Shown one piece after another: positions 1 through 15,030 of a DNA stretch of 64,000 nucleotides (position 1 is the stretch's first letter; every line of letters begins with the position of its first letter). The notes under the pieces are model-generated. The model saw nothing but the letters and a program-made list of their open reading frames with translations, was not told the origin of the DNA and ran no database searches. The stretch lies in NCBI RefSeq assembly GCF_009914755.1, contig NC_060944.1; one strand, given 5' to 3'. This DNA comes from the human T2T-CHM13v2.0 reference genome, Homo sapiens. The translations under genes were made by a program, and so were the position numbers.

Positions 1-267
<267 letters not shown>

Positions 268-480
268 TCAACCATGTTTCTTGAAATGGTTTGAATACAG
301 GCAGAGTTTCCTTCTCTCCCTCCTTCCTTCTTTTTCCTTTTTTTTAAAGGAGACCAAAGTCAGAGTTGCCTCAGTGCTGACCCAACATTGAGGCTGAAAG
401 TGGGTACAATAAGGGTAATTTAAGAAGGCAGGGATTAACAGCTGCTTTGGAAATGACAATTGGGTTAACCTCTTCTTCAT

Positions 481-506
481 TCTCACTCTCTCTCTCTCTC
501 TCTCTG
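481..506. repeat. (CT)n microsatellite
   Basis: Direct reading. Confidence 0.9.
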
Positions 507-1015
507 CAAGAACCATCTTGCCCTAGAGGAATGCAGGAAGGCAGTGGGGAGGGAAAATGACTCTGTTTAGGGAGGTGATAAAATGGGATGTGATGATTAA
601 TTCTTCATATATTTATTTGACAAGCATTCAGGGAGCACCTCTTCTCGCCCAGGTCCTGGGCTAGGCCCTGGGGACATAGCAAGATGAATACTACAGGATC
701 CACGACTGTGAGGGCTGAGAGAGACACAAGTGCAGATTGCTAAGACCAATATGAGAGGATCATTCCATACCCAAACACAGAGTTGCATGAAGGCCGAGGT
801 TCTGCTTTCACCCCACCAGATACCAATTTCGCTCCTGAAATGAAGAAGTAAGGAGTGACCAGAGAGAATCTTATTTAGCAGGCAGTGATGATAAGTTAAT
901 ACAGGTAGTTTCCAAAAGATCTTGACTTCCAAACAACTGGTGCTCTGGGGAAGGAATGTGTCTAAACATGAGACCCATAGGGCTAAAGGAAGGTAGAGAC
1001 AGAAGACAAAGACCC

Positions 1016-1766
<751 letters not shown>

Positions 1767-2126
1767 AAGGGAATTAACATTCACTGGGCCCTGTTTATAA
1801 CCCCAGCCATCCCCCAGATTTCCAGCTTCCTCTTTAATATCTAACATCGGAACCCCATGACCCTAACAAGACAGAACTTTCATCAGGTTCTTTCTGCAGG
1901 ATATTACTCAGAGTCTCTGGGGGATGTTCTCATGTTCCCTGGACCATGCTTGTGATTGCTTGGCAACCACAGTGAGCCCTTTCTCCCAGGGCATCTACTG
2001 CCCTTGTCTGCCACCTCCTAACTGTCTGCACCAGGATGGTGCTCCTGTCACTAACACCATCTCAACTTGAAAGTAGTACCCAGCCCTCTTCCTTAACAGC
2101 CCCCAAAACATGGCTGGATTGATTAG

Positions 2127-2486
<360 letters not shown>

Positions 2487-2775
2487 CAGAAATTTATTTC
2501 TAACCAGTCAGAATGATACCTACAAGCAATCAGGATGACTGTAGCTGTGCATATCAGCTGAATATCAGCCCTTTTATGTCTTGTTCATGTAACAGTGTGT
2601 GTGATCAGTCTGGGGCTAATGGGGCTGGCCCATGGGGTCAGAGTCTCAGGCTTTTTCTATCTTGTTTTCTTCCATCCCTTCCATGTTGCTCTTGTCCACA
2701 CAGTTCAAGTTGGTGCCACCATGTCACATTCCAGGCAGTACTATGGAAGAAAAGGTGAAAGAAAGACCCCAACCC

Positions 2776-3129
<354 letters not shown>

Positions 3130-4094
3130 TTAGAAATGGTGCACGTCACTTCCACTCAGGTCCTATTGGTCAGCATGCAGTCATATGGCACATCTAGTTG
3201 CAAGGGAAGTTGGGAAATGTAGTCTTTAGCCAGGCAGGCATGTGCCCAGTTACAATCCTGTTTCTATGAAAGCAGAGAACTGACACTGGGGACAATTAGT
3301 ATCTGACCCAGCAGCTAAGATGAGCCCATAGCAGTTAACAAAATTTTACTGAAGCCTTGGGGATAACAGGTGAGAATTACAATGCAGAAAAGGGAAATGC
3401 AAAATGAAATTGTAAATAAATCATGTTTGGAGGCCATATAGCTGCTTCATGCTTTCCTTCCTGCTGGTCTTCACCCTCCTTTCTCTCTAGCATGCTGTCA
3501 TGCTGTGAGAACCAGCCTACCTCCCGTGGATGATGGCTGCCTAACTTCTTCTCCCTAGAATTTAGGACCCCCTCTTTCTCCTCTTTGCCCCAGGTAAAGC
3601 AAAAGGCCCTCCCCTTCCCACAGTGAGTCTGGCTTCCTTGCCTACCCCAGGATATGGGCAGTGGGAATATCCATGTCCTCCTGAAGAAAGTACAATTCCC
3701 CATGTGGTTCCCCTTGCAGCTCACTTCCCTGTGGCCTGGATGAGGCCATCACAAGAGTTGTAAGTGCGATCCCCTAAGCCCGGGTCCCTCCACTTTCAGT
3801 TATTCCAAATCAGAGTCCTCTCCAAGGGCTTCCCACCAGCACAAGGGGAAGGAAAGTTCAGGTCAGCGCCTCTTCTCTGCACAGTCAAGTCTCAAACAGA
3901 AGACCAGTTTCATCTTCAAATACAGAAACTGCTGGAGCAAATACTTGGTCAAAAAGGTACACATCTTTCCCAAGGACTTCAGGAACCCTTCTAGCTAAAT
4001 CAAAGCTTAGAAATTCATTCCTCTTTTCTAAAAGGCTATGGTCCTAGTACAGATCCACCCAACTTACATGCATTATCACAATGCTGGTGTGCAA

Positions 4095-4270
4095 CAGTGG
4101 GCAAGTCATGTATCACTCCAAGCCTCAGTTTCCTCATCTGTGAAATGAGGTTAATGACAGTTTCTCTTACAGGGTTGTTGGGAAGATGTAGAGAGATGAT
4201 AAAGGTAAAGTGCTAGCTTAGTGCAGAGCCTAGTCTTTCGTCAAAGCCCAATACATGTAGCTAACATAAC
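4095..4270 (+). mobile_element. MIR
   Basis: Core GCCTCAGTTTCCTCATCTGTGAAATGAGG...AGGGTTGTTG. Confidence 0.85.
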
Positions 4271-4449
4271 TAGTATTATTAAACAATAAGAAACAACTCA
4301 ACATGGGGAATCTGCATCTGGATAATATCACTGTCTTAGGATTCTCCCCAAGAGCAGTGATTTCTCCCAGAATAATGGAAGAACATTCTCATCTTCAAAG
4401 ACAAAAATGGCTCCAAATCCCCTTCAAAAACTTGAAAAACTAGACTTCA

Positions 4450-5170
<721 letters not shown>

Positions 5171-5429
5171 TCAAGACAAAGACAGCAGAGCAAAGCAAGT
5201 GCAGGCCCCTTCTGAGCTCGGGACTCTGCAATCACACAGGTTGCACACACACCCATGAAACCAGCCAAGTTCACCTACAGCAGCAGAACAAAAAATAGGG
5301 TTGTAAAATTGCAGGTTGCAATATATATTATGAAAAACTTCTGAAGACAGATGGTAGCTTGCTTTTTTCCACTCAGCAACTTACACAACTGTAGAACAAC
5401 AGCAAAATTTTTGAGTCCTTGCTGTGAAC

Positions 5430-5590
5430 TAGAGACCAGGCTGAGTGCTTTACACACATACTCTCATTTAATCATCACATCCCTGCATTCTGTAAAAGAT
5501 GGAAAACCAAGGATTGGAGAGGGTAAGGAACTTGCCCAAGGGCACATGAGCCCAATTCAGCCTAATTCCAGAACCCACACCCAGAACCAC
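5430..5590 (-). mobile_element. MIR
   Basis: GTGCTTTACA...CTCATTTAATCATCAC...AACTTGCCCAAGGGCAC. Confidence 0.75.
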
Positions 5591-5961
5591 CATGTGTACA
5601 GTGAAAGTGCCCCCGCAAGCCTCAGCCCTGCAAACTAGAGTGTGGAGGATGTTGTAGGGGCCTCTGGAAACCCTCCCCAGACTCCTCCTTTGCTGAAAGC
5701 ATGGGGCTGGGACCGGTTTCCATCTTTGGATCCAACTTCCCTCCTTGAACTTTCCCGCACATCTCTGACCCTCCTTTCTCAGAACACATGTGATTCCCCT
5801 AGTTCCCCCTGAATGCCTCCTCCTCCCCCACCGGGGAAGTTGCTCTTACCAGACAGGCAGCGTGGGATTATGTTTACGCATTTATTTTTGTTTCTTTTTA
5901 ATGACTTGCTGTAAAGCTTAAAATGTCTTCCGGGTGGTAGAGAGGCAGGGGAGTCGCCCAT

Positions 5962-5995
5962 TAAAAATGAAGCCCAGTAAAAATGAAGCCCAGTA
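5962..5995. repeat. 16-bp perfect tandem duplication TAAAAATGAAGCCCAG x2
   Basis: Direct reading. Confidence 0.9.
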
Positions 5996-6064
5996 GAGAC
6001 GTGAGTGGGAGATTCTGGGCTGTTAACCTTCCCGTGAGTTCTGAAATAGTGCAGAACTCATATA

Positions 6065-6455
6065 TTTAATATAGTTTCAGAACTAGAAGCAGCAAATAGA
6101 GCTGAACTGGGTTCAAATCCTGACTCCACCATTTCTCATCTGTGTGACTGTGGGCAAGTTGCTTAACCTCTCTGTGCCACGGTTCAAATGGAGATCACAA
6201 TAGTACAGGCTCCAGAGTGGTGGTGTTAATGAATGATTATCGTTATTATTATCCTCATTGTTATTACTATTGTTTTTAGAGCTCATGGGAGTCCTTGGAG
6301 AGACTGTATAGCTTCATGGCTGAGAATATAGATGCTGAAATCAGGCTGCATCTGGGATTAAATCAGGGATTTAAATCCCACTTGACTACCTACTGGCTGT
6401 ATGACCTTGGTTAAATAACTGGCCTCTCTGAGCCTCAGTTTCCTCAATTGACAAA
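6065..6455 (+). mobile_element. Two tandem MIR fragments
   Basis: CTGGGTTCAAATCCTGACTCCACC...GGGCAAGTTGCTTAACCTCTCTGTG and CTCTCTGAGCCTCAGTTTCCTC cores. Confidence 0.8.
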
Positions 6456-6464
6456 TTCTCCCCT

Positions 6465-6836
6465 GGGCAGAGGGATTGGATTAGAGATGGCACGTGAGCT
6501 TCAGTTGGATCAATGAGACTCAAGGCCAGGACTCAGGGTCCACCAGGGAAAAGAAGCTCTTCCCACTGGAGCTGCTGAGCTGATAGGCTGTGAGCCTGGG
6601 GCTGCTGGGGCTCTAGAGGACAGCCTGCTTGAGAGTGAAGCTAGCACAGGGGAAGAAACATAAAAGAGCTGGGGAGAGACAGAGTCACAATGACGTTTGA
6701 GGCCCTGGATCTGGCGGTGCCTGAAGCAAGGAAGCCTCCTTTGGACTTCCCAATTTCATGAGCCAGTAAATTCCCCGTTTTGCGAAAGCCACTTTTCAGT
6801 TGGGTTTTTCTCACTGGAAAGTATCCAGGCTGACAC
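6465..6836 (+). mobile_element. MLT1J-like MaLR LTR
   Basis: GCCCTGGATCTGGCGGTGCCTGAAGC...TGGACTTCCCAATTTCATGAGCCAGTAAATTCCC...GTTGGGTTTTTCTCACT. Confidence 0.7.
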
Positions 6837-7020
6837 CAGGATTTCCATTTAGCAACTTGACCCAGGCCTGCAAGCTAGTGAGTAGCAGCCTCAGGGGTTA
6901 GAAGCTCCTAGCTCTGTACCACGGTGCTCTGTCATCCAGCATGCAAGCCAGCATTCTGTACTGGGTGTTCATTGCTTTCACCTCTTTAGCCTCTCCGAGC
7001 AGCTATTTTCTCATCTCTCA

Positions 7021-7391
<371 letters not shown>

Positions 7392-8479
7392 CTATTAGTT
7401 AGCATGGTTTATGGCTGAAGGTTGGAGTTCTGTGCACCCAGTTTCTAGTGCCTTGGGCCTTGGCTTTGCCCCATTACTTATTCCATTGCAGGGATGTCTC
7501 TGGCTGTCCCTAAGTCAGCCAACCAGTCAAAGTGCCCAAACTCTCTTAGGCGAGCATGGGTGAATCTTGTGGGGGGAAGAGCCATCTTCCTTCCTGGCTA
7601 TGTGTACCCAGTGGTGAGTGGAGGAAGCTAGATGACCTTGAGGATTCTTGAACTCTGAGTCTATGATGTACAAAGAAGCCCTGTTATGTTCATTTCCAGA
7701 ACCTTCTAAAACTGATATGCTCTTCTGGGAATGATCTGTATTGCAGGGAAACAGCAATGAACCAAATCGACTTAGTCTCTTTCTTTAAGAAGTTTACATT
7801 TACTGGCAGATACAGATGATAAACACATAAAAATATACAACATCATATCACATGGTAACACTAGGGAAAAAATAAGTCATTAAATGCCTGCTAAGTGCCA
7901 AGAAGAAAAAGGAATAGAGTGATAGAGCACTGTTTATTAGAAGTGGTCAGAAGGGGGCTCTCTGAGGAAGTGACATGTCATTAGAGACTCAGTAGGGCTC
8001 ATTCAGGATCACAAGCTCTTAAAACTGTGCTATCTCCCAGGAAGAAGATCAGGACCAATTTTTCCAGGAAACTTGCTGACCTCACTAAGTCAGGAGTCAG
8101 TGATCTGTTGGAGGCTTGGTAAACAGCCATCCTTCTCCACTGACGACTCTTAGGACATTTAAAAAAGTTTAATGGGTCATTGATTTGTAGTGCTGATTTC
8201 CTCCATTAGCTAAATCCACGAAGGAAAGGCTGGAGAAGCCGCGTGAGACCATTCCTCAGGCATGCCTGCCAGGAAAAGGTTTTAGCCATCATGTCACATG
8301 ATCATTTGTCTATTTCTAACCAGTCATCACTAAAGATTCCCAATCACCACCATCACATCTCTGGAGGATCCCAGGGCATGGCTGCTTCTAGGCCAGGCCT
8401 TGGCAGGGAAGTGCCAGAGCTTTGCAGATCAACACCAAGCCTCAGAGAGTCGGAGTAGACCTTAAGTTCCTCCTCTCAA

Positions 8480-8970
8480 CCAAATATCAAGGAAACAGAC
8501 AAGAAGTCGAGGTCCCTGCCCTCCTAGAACATGACATTGAGGGGCAGGAGAAAGAAACAAGCCAGCAAATAAATAAGACACAGATGAGTGCTAGGAGCCA
8601 CCAGAAGCTAGAACAGGAAAGGGAGGATCCTCCCCTAGAGAGTGACTGGGGACTATTTTAGGGAAGGTGGTCAGGGGAGACCTGTTTGGGGAGGTAACGT
8701 TTGACCTGAGACCTGAAAGCTGAGAAGATCTGCAAGAAGCGTGATCCAGGCAGAAGGAACAGCTGGTGCAAAGATGCTGGGTTGGGAGCCAGCCCCGTAT
8801 ATTTGGAGATAGACCTGAGACTGCAGGGAAGTAAGCGAGGGGACACAGTGACGGGCCAGGTCACGTGGGCCTTGTGGGCCAGGGTTAGACATGATTTGGG
8901 TTTTCTTCTAAGTAGGATGGGAAACTGTTGGAGGATTTTGCATAGGAGGGTTTCATGACCCAAATATTAA
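8480..8970 (-). mobile_element. L2 fragment
   Basis: GGTCAGGGGAGACCT...TTTGACCTGAGACCTGAA...CCAGGCAGAAGGAACAGC...GCAAAG, typical of the L2 3' region. Confidence 0.7.
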
Positions 8971-9071
8971 AAGCTATGTACACAATGAATGGAAGGGCAA
9001 ATTAGCTGGTACCTGAAATTAGGGGTTTCGTTCAGGATCAATATTTGTGGCAAGGTTTCACTCTCTGCCAC

Positions 9072-9543
9072 TGTAGTAGATTGAGTGGAGGCCTCCAAAA
9101 AGATATGTCCAAGTCCCCATACCTGTAAATGTGACCTATTTGGAAAAAGGGTCTTTGCACATGTAATAAATTTAAGAATCTTGAGATGGGATTGCCAAAT
9201 CGTTCTGGATAGGATGAGCCCTGAATCCAAAGAGAGGCATCCTTGTAGGAACAGGGCAGAGGGAAATGGGGCAGGGCAGAACAGGAGATACAGAGAAGAA
9301 AGTCTGCCAAGACAGAGGCAGGGATCAGAGTGAGGCAGCCACAAGCCAAGTAATGACTGGAGCTACCAGAAGCTGGAGAATGCAAAGGAGGACCCTCCCC
9401 TGGAGCCTTCAGAGGGAGCACGGCACTGTCAACACCTTGATTTTGGACTTTGGGCCTCAAGAACTGTGAGAGAATAAATTTCTGTTACTTGAAGCCACCA
9501 AATTTGTGGTAATTTGTTACAGCAGCCACTGGAAACAAGTACA
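9072..9543 (+). mobile_element. MLT1C-like solo LTR
   Basis: TG...CA termini; ACCTGTAAATGTGACC, CCAGAAGCTGGA, GAACTGTGAGAGAATAAATTTCTGTT, TTTGTTACAGCAGCC. Confidence 0.88.
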
Positions 9544-9649
9544 GCCTCTAAACAGCCCAAACTTGGACCCTGCTTGAGGCTGCCTCCAACTCCCCTCTCC
9601 CCCACCAAGACCCTGTGTATAGCTTCGGCCCCATTCAAAGGCTACTCCA

Positions 9650-9996
9650 GGCTGGGTGCAGTGGCTCATACCTGTAATCCCAGCACTTCGGGAGGCCGAG
9701 GCGCGCGGATCACCTGAGGTCAGGAGTTCGAGATCAGCCTGGCCAACATGGCAAAACCCCATCTCTACTAAAAGTACAAAAATCAGCTGGGCGTGGTGGC
9801 GCACACCTGTAACCTCAGCTACTAAGAAGGCTGAGGCAGGAGAATCGCTTGAATCCGGGAGGTGGAAGTTGCAGTGAGCCAAGATCACGCCATTGCACTC
9901 CAGCATGGGTGACAGAACAAGACTCTAACTCAAACAAAACAAAACAAAACAAAACAAAACAAAACAAAACAAAACAAAACAAAACAAAACAAAACA
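9650..9996 (+). mobile_element. AluS with (AAAAC)n tail
   Basis: Full dimer; pentanucleotide tail 9932-9996; TSD AGGCTACTCCA. Confidence 0.95.
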
Positions 9997-10419
9997 GGCT
10001 ACTCCAGTCACTGGGCAGCACCCCCTGCAGGCGTGAGGGCCACTTGGGCTTGGGATGGGCATTTATTTACTTACTTAGCTTGACATACAGGGACAGGAAT
10101 GAACCAGCCCTGTTTTTGTTCCAGGGTGCTCTCAGGGTTGTGAGTTCCAGACAAACCAGAACCCAAAAAGTATAAGGGTTTAAGGGCGGGAGGAGCACAG
10201 GAGTCTGGACAGTCACTTAAAGGAACTAAGACTTCAATTAGGTAGCTTCCAAGTGTGGCAGCTCCCACAGTTTTCACTGGAATGGGCATTTTTGTTAATT
10301 TTTCCCCTATGGAATGCTCACTTTCTAAAGACACTGCTGATCAAGCTAATTGCATGTATTCAATAACATTTCATTTATCTCCTTTATTTGCTATTATTTA
10401 AAGATATGTAGTAATGACA

Positions 10420-11830
<1,411 letters not shown>

Positions 11831-12149
11831 GTCAGTTTTCTCGTTTATAAAATGGGAATAATAGCACCTGTATTGAAGGGTTGTTGTGGAGATTGAATGG
11901 GAATGTGTACTTAGAATTCCAGGCATAGTGCCTGCCACAAGCACTCAAGGAATGAGCTGGAGTTCAGCTGATAATACCAGGCAGTGTCTCTGGGCAACAC
12001 GGAATGAAGACAATTCTCTCTTCCAGGTTTTCAAACCTCCTGGAATTCACAACGTCCACATGACATGCCAGGCCCAGAGGGGGATGGTTTAAACTGGAGC
12101 CTGCAGGAAGGCAACCTGACCAACCTGCTCATGGGTGCTTTAAGGATCA

Positions 12150-12280
12150 TAGGTACGAGAATCAGCTGGAGTTGTTGGTGAAAATGCAGATTCCGGGTCT
12201 CATCCCTAGACCAAAGATATCTGAATCATTTGGCGATGGGTCCAGGAACCTGCATTATTCAACACACTTCCCAGGTGACC
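12150..12280. mobile_element. MER5A (hAT-Charlie) fragment
   Basis: AAAATGCAGATTCCGGG...CTGAATCA...CCAGGAACCTGCATT...CCCAGGTGA. Confidence 0.75.
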
Positions 12281-12285
12281 GTAAA

Positions 12286-13349
<1,064 letters not shown>

Positions 13350-13704
13350 TAATGCACCATGGAATTTGTGCTCTGCTTAGTTCAGTCTGAGCAGGAGTTC
13401 CTTGATACTTCGGGAAACACTGAAAATCATTCCATCCCCATCCATTCATTCCTGCAGCACCCAAGTGGAAATTCTGCGTTTCAGACAGGGACACTACCCT
13501 TAGAGAGCAGTGGGCTTCCCCAGCAGCGTAGTGAAACATGATACTCCTGAGTTTCATGAAAAAAGGGCAGACATCTGGCCAGAGCTGGGAGGCAGGAAAT
13601 AGAGCACGGTGCCCTCCTCCCATACTCCAGCTTGGATTACTGAGGCTGGGGCCCAGGCCCTGCAGGAAAGGAGGTGCATGACTACTTTAAGGCCACTCAC
13701 TCTG

Positions 13705-13711
13705 TGACTCA
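13705..13711. promoter_or_regulatory. AP-1 consensus TGACTCA
   Basis: Exact consensus at the upstream edge of the CpG island. Confidence 0.4.
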
Positions 13712-13770
13712 ACGGGCCGGGTCGGGGCTGGAACTCAATGCCCTCCCGGGCCTGGAGAGCCCACGCGCCG

Positions 13771-13780
13771 TGGGCGGGGC
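13771..13780 (+). promoter_or_regulatory. GC box (Sp/KLF) TGGGCGGGGC
   Basis: Consensus match in the promoter. Confidence 0.6.
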
Positions 13781-13787
13781 TCCCGGG

Positions 13788-13801
13788 GTCGCCTAGGCAA
13801 C
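13788..13801. promoter_or_regulatory. RFX X-box GTCGCCTAGGCAAC
   Basis: Matches GTNRCC-N0-3-RGYAAC; near-palindromic 14-mer. Confidence 0.65.
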
Positions 13802-13859
13802 AGGCGCGCGCCGCGCCCGAGCCCAGAGCCCCGGAGCGGAGGAGGGAACGCGCGCTATT

Positions 13860-13867
13860 AGATATCT
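13860..13867. promoter_or_regulatory. Palindromic GATA-like site AGATATCT
   Basis: AT-rich palindrome embedded in CGCG flanks. Confidence 0.4.
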
Positions 13868-13914
13868 CGCGGTGCTGGGGCCACTTCCCCTAGCACCGCC
13901 CCCGGCTCCTCCCC

Positions 13915-13923
13915 GCGGAAGTG
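13915..13923 (+). promoter_or_regulatory. ETS/GABP-type site GCGGAAGTG
   Basis: CGGAAGT core in the proximal promoter. Confidence 0.55.
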
Positions 13924-13943
13924 CTTGTCGAAATTCTCGATCG

Positions 13944-13953
13944 CTGATTGGTC
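13944..13953 (-). promoter_or_regulatory. Inverted CCAAT / Y-box CTGATTGGTC
   Basis: NF-Y-type consensus just upstream of the TSS region. Confidence 0.6.
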
Positions 13954-13964
13954 CTTCTGCTTCA

Positions 13965-13974
13965 GGGGCGGAGC
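13965..13974 (+). promoter_or_regulatory. Proximal GC box GGGGCGGAGC
   Basis: Sp1 consensus, sitting in the inverted repeat CAGGGGC-GGA-GCCCCTG (13963-13979). Confidence 0.65.
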
Positions 13975-13988
13975 CCCTGGCAGGCGTG

Positions 13989-14018
13989 ATGCGTAGTTCC
14001 GGCTGCCGGTTGACATGA
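13989..14018 (+). other. uORF1 MRSSGCRLT*
   Basis: ATG 13989 to TGA 14018. Present in the mRNA only if the TSS is upstream of 13989. Confidence 0.4.
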
Positions 14019-14047
14019 AGAAGCAGCAGCGGCTAGGGCGGCGGTAG
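14015..14047 (+). other. uORF2 MKKQQRLGRR*
   Basis: ATG 14015 (GACATGA, G at -3) to TAG 14047. Confidence 0.5.
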
Positions 14048-14159
14048 CTGCAGGGGTCGGGGATTGCAGCGGGCCTCGGGGCTAAGAGCGCGACGCGGCC
14101 TAGAGCGGCAGACGGCGCAGTGGGCCGAGAAGGAGGCGCAGCAGCCGCCCTGGCCCGTC

Positions 14160-14222
14160 ATGGAGATGGAAAAGGAGTTCGAGCAGATCGACAAGTCCGG
14201 GAGCTGGGCGGCCATTTACCAG
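14160..14222 (+). CDS. PTPN1: PTPN1 (PTP1B) coding exon 1, MEMEKEFEQIDKSGSWAAIYQ
   Basis: Translation matches the known N-terminus of human PTP1B. ATG context GTCATGG (G at -3, G at +4). Ends in phase 0 at donor CAG|GTGCGG (GT at 14223). Lies in a CpG island. Confidence 0.98.
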
Positions 14223-14729
14223 GTGCGGGAGCGCCCCGGAGCGTGGCGGGCCCTTCGCTTAGGCCGCTTGAACATCCCCTCAGACCTCCAGGCCCCAGAC
14301 TCCCTCTGGGTCTTGCCCTCTGCCTCGCTCCTACTGCTTGAGGATTCGATGGGACAGCGACGCACTGCGTCCCCCCCCCCTTTGTCCCCGGGGCGGGCGT
14401 GTTTCTCGCCGCAGCGTCGGAGCCCCCTTCGATCCCCCACCTCCCTTCTGTTCTCCAGCTCGGGTGATCTCTCAAGCCGGGGGACCGCCGGTCTGTGCTC
14501 TCAACGCGAATCCCTCGCACCCCGACCCCGCCCCCTGCCTGTCCACTCTTTGTCCCCTGGGGTGATTTAGCACCCCCACTATTTCCTTTTCTGGAGTGGA
14601 CCACCTCAGACTCTCTTCCTTTGTCTCCCTGGGGGAAAAGGTTACTCCCCCCGTCCCTCCTTCACATTTCCTTTCCCCTAGTCTCAGTGTGCGTCGAGTC
14701 CCAGAGATGACAGTCCCCTTTCCCCTTTC

Positions 14730-15030
14730 TGTTCATTCATTTATTGGATAGGAGTTGGCAAGCTTATTCTGTGCTAGGCACCGCTTAGGCATTGGAGGTG
14801 GTGTTTGCTAATCAGGACAGGCAAGATCCTAGCCTTAGTGGGGCCTAGAGTCGAATAGGGCAATCAAACACAAAAGCAAATAATTTCAGATAGTGACAGG
14901 TGCTGTGAAGAGAACGACTTCCTAACGGGGTACAGGGTGACTGCATAGAAGGCCGGCTGTCTTAGAGAAGGGGATCAGGGAAGGCCTGTCAAAGGAGGAG
15001 ACATTTGCTTTGTGAGCTGAACCAAGAGGA
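14730..15030 (-). mobile_element. L2 3' fragment
   Basis: TTCATTCATTTATT...GTGCTAGGCAC...TTTCAGATAGTGA...GATCAGGGAAGGCCT. Confidence 0.7.

Larger units (their letters stand above)
13986..14159 (+). other. PTPN1: PTPN1 5' UTR (exon 1 leader; TSS approximate)
   Basis: GC-rich leader directly upstream of the ATG and downstream of GC/CCAAT boxes. The start is from my recollection of the mRNA beginning near GTGATGCGTAG; the TSS is probably dispersed. Confidence 0.7.
13700..14540. promoter_or_regulatory. CpG island / TATA-less PTPN1 promoter
   Basis: Sharp rise in GC and CpG density (e.g. GGCGCGCGCCGCGCCCG) spanning exon 1. Confidence 0.93.

Noticed and set aside
14064-14570. 168-aa ORF spanning exon 1
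   Set aside because: Only 14160-14222 is PTPN1 coding. The remainder reads through the splice donor into GC-rich intron where stops are rare.
14158-14604. 148-aa antisense ORF
   Set aside because: Low-complexity G/R/P-rich by-product of the CpG island; no recognisable domain.
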